Assembly (NCBI GenBank): GCA_034520665.1
Contig: JAXHNJ010000001.1
Location: 386,579-450,578 of the forward strand
Source of the DNA: Patescibacteria group bacterium
Lineage (GTDB): Bacteria > Patescibacteriota > Patescibacteriia > JAXHNJ01
Length of the DNA stretch: 64,000 bases
Direction: 5' to 3'
The position numbers were made by a program, and so were the translations under genes. This document shows, piece by piece, positions 58,317 through 64,000 of this stretch (its first letter is position 1; the number at the start of each line of letters is the position of its first letter). Under the pieces are notes generated by a model. It did no database searches. It saw only the letters and a program-made list of their open reading frames with translations, and had not been told where the DNA came from.

Positions 58317-59588
58317 TTACCTTGACTTTCGAAAATTCCTTTTCTGTCTTTGACGGCCTTGATTGACTCTTCTTTTGCTATAGCGACGGCCAAACTTCTT
58401 CCGTGAACGTGAATAATTATAAGATTTTTTTTTCTTAGAATATCCTTTTTTTGGCAAATTCTTGGCCGAGATTGAACTTTTTTTACTAACCACAAGCTGT
58501 TTTTTTATCAATCGTTCGATATCTCGGACATCACGCCCTTGATCAGAGGTAGCGAAAGAAATAGCTTTTCCTTTTTTTCCGGCCCGAGCGGTCCGCCCAA
58601 TCCGATGGACATAGTCATCAGGAGTGCTCGGTAAATCATAATTTATAACCACTTCAATATTTTTTACATCAATCCCGCGAGCCGCGATATCCGTGGCCAC
58701 TAAAATTCTATATCTACCCGTCTTAAAGCCTTCAATGGCTGTTTGGCGCTGAGCCAGGCTGCGGTTAGAGTGAATTTCGTGGGCTGAAAAACCCATGGCT
58801 CGAATAATCTTGGCTAGTTTTTTGGTGCCCCATTTGGTTCGACAAAAAACCAAAACCGAACCGGAGAATTGGTTAAGAATATTTTTTAAGAATGATATTT
58901 TTTCATTGCCTTTTAGAAAAATAACTTCCTGATCGACCTCTTTAACCGTGGTTCCCGACTGTGATATTTCTACCCTTAAAGGCAGGTGCATATGCCGGCT
59001 GGCCAGGGACACAATAGAAGAAGGCATAGTAGCCGAAAAAAGCAGAGTCTGTCTTTTTTTAGAAATTTGCTTAATAATCTTTTCAATTTGAGGGGCAAAG
59101 CCCATATCAAGCATGCGGTCAGCTTCATCAAGCGTTAAAATTCCCACCTGATTTAGAATTGATTTATCACGGGAAAGAAGATCAATCAGCCGGCCGGGGG
59201 TGGCCATTATAACATGCGGTTTATTTTTCAAGGCCTTTTTTTGCATTTTGGCAGAAGCACCCCCAATAACCACGGCTGTTTTAATATTTAAAGATTTTCC
59301 AAATTGTAAAAATACTTGGTTTACTTGAGCAGCCAGTTCCCTGGTCGGAACCAAAACCAGTCCCCGTTTTTTTAGGCGGGCTATATTCTGTATCATCGGT
59401 ATAACAAAGGCCAAGGTTTTACCGGTGCCAGTTTGAGCAATACCCATAAGATCCTGGCCTTGTATAGCTAAAGGAATGGTTTTGCTTTGAATCGGGGTCG
59501 GTTTCTTAAAATTATTTCGATCAAGTATCTGCCGTAATTTTGGCGCTATACTCAGACCTTCAAAATTTGTCTCTGATTGGTTGGTCAT
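58317..59588 (-). CDS. DEAD-box ATP-dependent RNA helicase
   Basis: Q motif, AQTGTGKT, PTRELA, TPGRL, DEAD, SAT, ARGID, HRIGRTAR; basic C-terminal tail. Confidence 0.95.
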   Translation of the reverse strand: MTNQSETNFEGLSIAPKLRQILDRNNFKKPTPIQSKTIPLAIQGQDLMGIAQTGTGKTLAFVIPMIQNIARLKKRGLVLVPTRELAAQVNQVFLQFGKSLNIKTAVVIGGASAKMQKKALKNKPHVIMATPGRLIDLLSRDKSILNQVGILTLDEADRMLDMGFAPQIEKIIKQISKKRQTLLFSATMPSSIVSLASRHMHLPLRVEISQSGTTVKEVDQEVIFLKGNEKISFLKNILNQFSGSVLVFCRTKWGTKKLAKIIRAMGFSAHEIHSNRSLAQRQTAIEGFKTGRYRILVATDIAARGIDVKNIEVVINYDLPSTPDDYVHRIGRTARAGKKGKAISFATSDQGRDVRDIERLIKKQLVVSKKSSISAKNLPKKGYSKKKKSYNYSRSRKKFGRRYSKRRVNQGRQRQKRNFRKSR

Positions 59589-59666
59589 ATTTTTTATATT
59601 AGTGTTAGTTATACTTATAAATAAAAATTATTTTCTGGCAGCAAATAAAGCGATAGTCATAAATAT

Positions 59667-61442
59667 TTATTTACGACTTTTATGGCGATCCGTTTCTTTC
59701 AAAAATTTCTTGCGCAGACGGATAGACCGCGGGGTAATTTCAAGATACTCATCACTATCCATAAACTCAAGACCACGCTCAATAGTTAAATCAATCGGGG
59801 CTATAAGATTAATGGCCTCATCACTGCCTGAGGCCCGCATATTAGTCAGTTTCTTGCCTTTAGTCGGATTGACCGTCATTTCATCGCCTTTGGCTGTATT
59901 ACCAATAACCATCCCCTCATAGACGACTGTATTGGGTTTAATATAGAGCTGCCCTCTATTCTGTAAATTAAATAAGGCGTAGCCTAAGGCCTTACCTGAA
60001 GTCATCGAAACCATGGAGCCGACGGACCGTGATTTGATTTCTCCAACATACTCTTGAAAGCCCAAATTTTCCGAAGAAATAGTCCCCTCCCCTCTGGTGT
60101 CCATAATAAATTCCCCCCGATAGCCAAGCAGGCCGCGAGACGGTATTTCAAAAGTCAGACGGGTCATCTCTTGGGTGCATAAATTTGTCATCACTCCTTT
60201 ACGGCTCTGGAGTTTTTCAATCACGGCACCGGACATTTCATTAGGCACATCAATAGTCACTAATTCAAAAGGTTCCAGGCGCTTATTATTTTTTTCTTTA
60301 TATATTACATGGGGCTGAGAAACCTGCATCTCATAACCCTCTCTTCTCATCTGTTCAAATAAAATAACCAGGTGCATTTCTCCCCGGCCAAATATTTTGT
60401 AGTATTCTTTATTATCAAAATCAATCTTCAAACCGACATTAACCTCCAGTTCTTTTTTTAAGCGTGCTTTTAGCTGACTATTAGTCACCTTTTTTCCCTC
60501 TTGCCCGGCCAAGGGTGAATTATTAACCATCAGGTGAACCGAAATGGTCGGCTCATCAACATGAATAGCACTAAGATTTTTCTGGCTTTTACTGTGGCAA
60601 ATTGTTTCGCCAATATCAATATCACCAATGCCAGAGACCATAGCAATATCCCCGGCTTCAGCTTTATCTACCTCTTGGCGGTCAAAGCCCTGGAAAGTAA
60701 AAATCTTGGTAATATTGGAACTTCGAAATTCACCATTCGGCTTCTTGATAATCACCTTTTCTCCTTTTTTTATAACCCCTTCATATACTCGCCCAATACC
60801 CATGCGTCCCAGAAAGTCATCATAAGCCAGATTAAAGGGTTGGAAACGTAAAAGTCGACTGGTTTGGTGAGAAGCCACTGGCACTTTTTCTAAAATCATA
60901 GCCAAAAGAGGGGTTAAGTCTTTTGATTGATCGGCTAGATTTTTCCGGGCTATTCCCTGAGAACCAATGGTGTAAATAACCGGAAAATCCAGCTGTTTAT
61001 TATTGGCCCCTAAATTCATAAATAATTCCAATATCATCTCCTCCACTGCTTCGATTCGGGCGGCCGGTTTATCAATTTTATTAATAACCACAATCGGCCT
61101 AAGACCCAGCTCAAGGGATTTTTTTAAGACATAGCGAGTTTGCGGCATCGGGCCTTCCTGGGCGTCGACTACCAGTAAGACCGAATCAATTGAACGCAAA
61201 ACACGCTCTACCTCTGATCCAAAATCAGCGTGGCCCGGGGTGTCAACAATATTAATTTTGGTACCCTGATAGAACAAGGCCGTGTTCTTGGCGTAGATGG
61301 TTATGCCGCGCTCTTTTTCCAGCACGTCTGAATCCATTGATAGAGTTTCATCAGATAGACCGGTTTGCCGAAGCAAAGCATCGGTCAGGGTAGTTTTGCC
61401 ATGATCCACATGGGCGATAATAGCGATATTTCTAATTTCCAT
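59667..61442 (-). CDS. typA: Translational GTPase TypA/BipA
   Basis: [48 protein letters not shown]. Confidence 0.96.
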   Translation of the reverse strand: MEIRNIAIIAHVDHGKTTLTDALLRQTGLSDETLSMDSDVLEKERGITIYAKNTALFYQGTKINIVDTPGHADFGSEVERVLRSIDSVLLVVDAQEGPMPQTRYVLKKSLELGLRPIVVINKIDKPAARIEAVEEMILELFMNLGANNKQLDFPVIYTIGSQGIARKNLADQSKDLTPLLAMILEKVPVASHQTSRLLRFQPFNLAYDDFLGRMGIGRVYEGVIKKGEKVIIKKPNGEFRSSNITKIFTFQGFDRQEVDKAEAGDIAMVSGIGDIDIGETICHSKSQKNLSAIHVDEPTISVHLMVNNSPLAGQEGKKVTNSQLKARLKKELEVNVGLKIDFDNKEYYKIFGRGEMHLVILFEQMRREGYEMQVSQPHVIYKEKNNKRLEPFELVTIDVPNEMSGAVIEKLQSRKGVMTNLCTQEMTRLTFEIPSRGLLGYRGEFIMDTRGEGTISSENLGFQEYVGEIKSRSVGSMVSMTSGKALGYALFNLQNRGQLYIKPNTVVYEGMVIGNTAKGDEMTVNPTKGKKLTNMRASGSDEAINLIAPIDLTIERGLEFMDSDEYLEITPRSIRLRKKFLKETDRHKSRK

Positions 61443-61508
61443 AATTATTTTAAAACCGGCTACTTTTTGAGAGCCGGAATTTTCCTTCTCTTTGTTAAGT
61501 TGTTTAGT

Positions 61509-61536
61509 ATTATAGCAGAAAATCAGTTACTGTCAA
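61509..61536 (-). promoter_or_regulatory. typA promoter
   Basis: TTGACA-16-TATAAT with extended TG. Confidence 0.65.
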
Positions 61537-61664
61537 GTTTATGGTTATTTAAACCTTTTTTTTACCCTCCTTACCTAAAGTCCGTATGAAAATAATATTT
61601 TCTTTTTTCCTAACCACTTCAGATGCTTACTCATGAAATAGAAAATAAGGTCGATCATTAAAGA

Positions 61665-61692
61665 GTAGATGTCAGTCGCGACTGACATCTAC
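61665..61692. repeat. Perfect 28-bp palindrome, GTAG-type REP-like element
   Basis: GTAGATGTCAGTCG|CGACTGACATCTAC. Confidence 0.8.
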
Positions 61693-61735
61693 GGGTGGTC
61701 AACAACATAGAGAAATTTTTCTAAATCAGATATAA

Positions 61736-61830
61736 GGATCTCTCCACCTAGCCTGCCCCAATCCGCGCCTGCGGTGAGCGGAGTCACGCTGAGCCTGACG
61801 AAGTCGAACCGTCGAGGGGGTCGAGATGGA
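61736..61830. repeat. GC-rich composite of nested REP/MITE-like mini-elements
   Basis: GC island in an AT-rich spacer; GGTGAGCGGAGTC|GAACC interrupted by ACGCTGAGCCTGACGAAGTC, with AGTC duplicated. Confidence 0.55.
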
Positions 61831-61923
61831 TATAATATTTTCCAAACCCAAAAAACCACAACTTTACCAGCCGCCATAACTAAAACCTAAATAAAAACCA
61901 GCCAAGTATGCTATACTGGACCT

Positions 61924-62352
61924 ATGAAAAAGTTCAAGGTTAATCAGCCGGAAAAGAATAAAAAATATCAATCCCGAGCCGGGGCTTACGCTTTAATTAT
62001 TAAAGATAATTTACTGGCCGTGGTTAAAACAGAGACCGGTTATTTTTTACCGGGGGGCGGTCTAGAAAAAGGTGAATCCAAAAAAGATTGCTTAATTAGA
62101 GAATGCCGGGAAGAAATTGGCCTGGAAATTAATATTATTAAAAAACTCAGCCAAGGTCTTTATTACTTTTTTTCAACTACTAAAAATATTGATATGGCCA
62201 GTCTTGGTCATTTTTACCAAGTAGAAATTAAAAAAGTTTTAAATATCCCGACCGAAAAAAATCACCAATTAATCTGGCTAAAACCCTCAAAAGCCATAGA
62301 ATTATTATTTTTAGAGAATCAAAAAGAAGCGGTCAGGCTTTTTGTTAAATAA
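61924..62352 (+). CDS. NUDIX hydrolase
   Basis: LPGGGLEKGESKKDCLIRECREEIG Nudix box. Confidence 0.92.
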   Translation: MKKFKVNQPEKNKKYQSRAGAYALIIKDNLLAVVKTETGYFLPGGGLEKGESKKDCLIRECREEIGLEINIIKKLSQGLYYFFSTTKNIDMASLGHFYQVEIKKVLNIPTEKNHQLIWLKPSKAIELLFLENQKEAVRLFVK

Positions 62353-62405
62353 AAAAAACCAACTTCGGATGGAAGCTGTTTTATTATATTATTTTTGTCA
62401 TTTTA

Positions 62406-62717
62406 TTAATTTTTACTTTTACCAATCTTCTCTAATTCAATTATCTCACTAATTTCTTTTATTTGCTTTTCAATAATTTCTATAATGTTTTTTAAATTTT
62501 TAGTTTGATCATCTGTAAGAGGGTCAATACCCCCATTAGTAAGACCTTCAAGCTCTACTTTAACTTTAAATAAATCAGAGCGCTGTAAGGGTAGCAACTG
62601 ATTTATTATAAACCTTAAATCCTTATCATCAACAGTCTTTTTCTTTTTTAATCTGCTAGTAACCAGAATTTTGTGTCTTTCCCAGGGAGGCGGAATTTTA
62701 TAGCCAGTTTGTTTCAT
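62406..62717 (-). CDS. Hypothetical protein with C-terminal coiled coil
   Basis: Start reset to MKQTGY because the upstream extension is a translated REP-like hairpin. Confidence 0.5.
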   Translation of the reverse strand: MKQTGYKIPPPWERHKILVTSRLKKKKTVDDKDLRFIINQLLPLQRSDLFKVKVELEGLTNGGIDPLTDDQTKNLKNIIEIIEKQIKEISEIIELEKIGKSKN

Positions 62718-62732
62718 ATTTTTTCTTCCCCT

Positions 62733-62760
62733 GCCCGCCGAAGTTTTAGCGGAGGCGGGC
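62733..62760. repeat. GC-rich REP-like hairpin
   Basis: GCCCGCC-GAAGTTTTAGCGGA-GGCGGGC just downstream of the HNH gene. Confidence 0.6.
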
Positions 62761-62772
62761 TCTGATGAGGGG

Positions 62773-63285
62773 TTAGTAGCCGACATCCTTACTATTTAAA
62801 TTATCAATAAATTCACTTCCCTTATCTGTTATCTGCAAATAATCTGGATTAGATTTCATACCGCCGATTTTCACTCCAGCTGGAGTTTGTATCCATTTAA
62901 TAAAACCTGCTTCGATTATTCTTTTCACTAATAAAATTAAGTATGAAGGAAATTGCATTGCTTGACCAGGCGGAATTCTATTTAACTCAAATAAAACATC
63001 AATTTCAAAAGCGCTGAACCTATCATATAAATATATGAGATTGCTTTTGTACATTCTCAAACTTTTTCTATCTATTTTTCCTTGTTCAGCTAATCTGTGA
63101 CAATTTGGACAAAGCGCGATCAAATTACTGTATTCATGTTTTTTAACCTTACTCCATGGAACAATATGATGTATATCAACCACAATATTTCTGCATGTCG
63201 GAATTGCACATCTATGTCCTGCTTCAACTAAAACTTTTCTTTTTAGATTGGCGGGAATTTTAGTACGATTTTCTTCTTTGGCCAT
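62773..63285 (-). CDS. HNH endonuclease with C-terminal wHTH-like extension
   Basis: RCAIPTC, DIHHI, NLIALCPNCH; own promoter TTGACT-17-TAAAAT (63319-63347). Confidence 0.88.
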   Translation of the reverse strand: MAKEENRTKIPANLKRKVLVEAGHRCAIPTCRNIVVDIHHIVPWSKVKKHEYSNLIALCPNCHRLAEQGKIDRKSLRMYKSNLIYLYDRFSAFEIDVLFELNRIPPGQAMQFPSYLILLVKRIIEAGFIKWIQTPAGVKIGGMKSNPDYLQITDKGSEFIDNLNSKDVGY

Positions 63286-63358
63286 ATTATAATTTGATTA
63301 TAATTAAAAAGCGCTTCAATTTTAGCTCTAAAAGAGGTGGAAGTCAAGGGAAGAATAT

Positions 63359-63925
63359 TTAATATTTTTTTTGAATATTATTAATTTCTTTTGCGTTTTT
63401 TAAGAATATCTTTAGCCACTCCTCCTTGCTTTTTTCTATAATAAATTTATCTTTCTCTATTCTATTTTTACATTCATTTAATATATTTTTGGCCTTCTTT
63501 TTGAATCTTTTATCATTTGGAGCAACAAATTTATTTTTATTATAATTTACATAAAAAGCTTCTTGTTTATTAACATCCATTATAATTGCTTTTTGTTTCC
63601 TTGAAAGAAATGTTCTAGTAATGTAGTTAATAGTAACTTTCTTTTTGGAATTTGCCAGAATACTTCTTGAAATTTTATTTATATGACTTTTATATTTTTT
63701 AATAAAAATTTTCTGGCTATTAGGACGTTCATTTATTATATTGATAATCTCACTCCCAACCATTATTAATTTACCTAATTCCTCAAAACTAATAACACCA
63801 AGCACATATGCTCTTGAATATCTTTTATTATTAAATAATATCTTTGCTTCTTCATATAAATTAACAGCATTTTTATATACTAAAAACATGCCATCAATAG
63901 TTTTTTTAATATTTTTTTTATTCAT
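63359..63925 (-). CDS. AbiV-family (HEPN) abortive-infection-like protein
   Basis: NAxxLYEEAxIL...YSRAYVLxxxxxEELGK, SHxxK, KQxxFYV. Confidence 0.8.
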   Translation of the reverse strand: MNKKNIKKTIDGMFLVYKNAVNLYEEAKILFNNKRYSRAYVLGVISFEELGKLIMVGSEIINIINERPNSQKIFIKKYKSHINKISRSILANSKKKVTINYITRTFLSRKQKAIIMDVNKQEAFYVNYNKNKFVAPNDKRFKKKAKNILNECKNRIEKDKFIIEKSKEEWLKIFLKNAKEINNIQKKY

Positions 63926-64000
63926 AAAAAATTAATAATATTCTAAAATGGAGCTATTATTAAGTATAGTAATTAAGAATTGTCTATTTTTTCCTATTAT

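Noticed and set aside
61689-61877. 62-aa ORF
   Set aside because: It is the translation of the REP-like composite, not a plausible protein
62718-62786. N-terminal extension of ORF 62406..62786
   Set aside because: It overlaps the HNH gene end and translates the GC hairpin; ATG 62717 is more plausible
62762-62790. CTGATGAG as a hammerhead ribozyme core
   Set aside because: The required GAAA after stem II is absent (GACA) and the region overlaps the HNH stop codon
255-63935. Numerous short antisense or overlapping ORFs in the track (e.g. 255-485, 7747-8151, 12349-12813, 54434-54928, 57272-57595)
   Set aside because: They are shadow frames of well-supported genes, with no motifs or start signals
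1-64000. Alternative genetic code (UGA=Gly, as in Gracilibacteria/SR1)
   Set aside because: Conserved genes are full length under code 11, and lysS and the ftsQ-like gene end in TGA within ATGA overlaps

Overview
AT-rich bacterial chromosome segment using genetic code 11 (TGA serves as a stop). It is most consistent with a reduced-genome Patescibacteria/CPR (Parcubacteria-like) organism; this is inferred from RpoA lacking its C-terminal domain, shortened AlaRS and ProRS, frr-rseP with no uppS/cdsA/dxr between them, DUF4012, two MreB paralogs and a near-absence of Shine-Dalgarno sites. Most of the window is minus-strand housekeeping DNA: infA-rpmJ-rpsMKD-rpoA-rplQ-rplM-rpsI running into a flippase/glycosyltransferase cluster; holB-frr-rseP-proS-mreBCD-mrdA; greA; lysS-HD-serS-alr-ddl-ftsQ-like; alaS, mnmA, typA and a DEAD-box helicase. 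Accessory DNA comprises: a RloC-like ATPase-HEPN plus PD-(D/E)XK pair beside a Xer-type recombinase (left end); a two-gene secreted phage-fibre-like/membrane-anchored stalk locus with an orphaned alternative C-terminal module (43.5-48.4 kb); standalone promoter-boxA-like-SD-ORF-terminator units, including an unannotated 56-aa two-TM protein; a 76-bp structured direct repeat flanking a promoter; an ORF-less ~235-nt structured transcript; nested REP-like repeats; and an HNH/AbiV defence cluster (right end). No rRNA, tRNA or CRISPR array was seen. All structures and motifs were read by eye; no searches were run.
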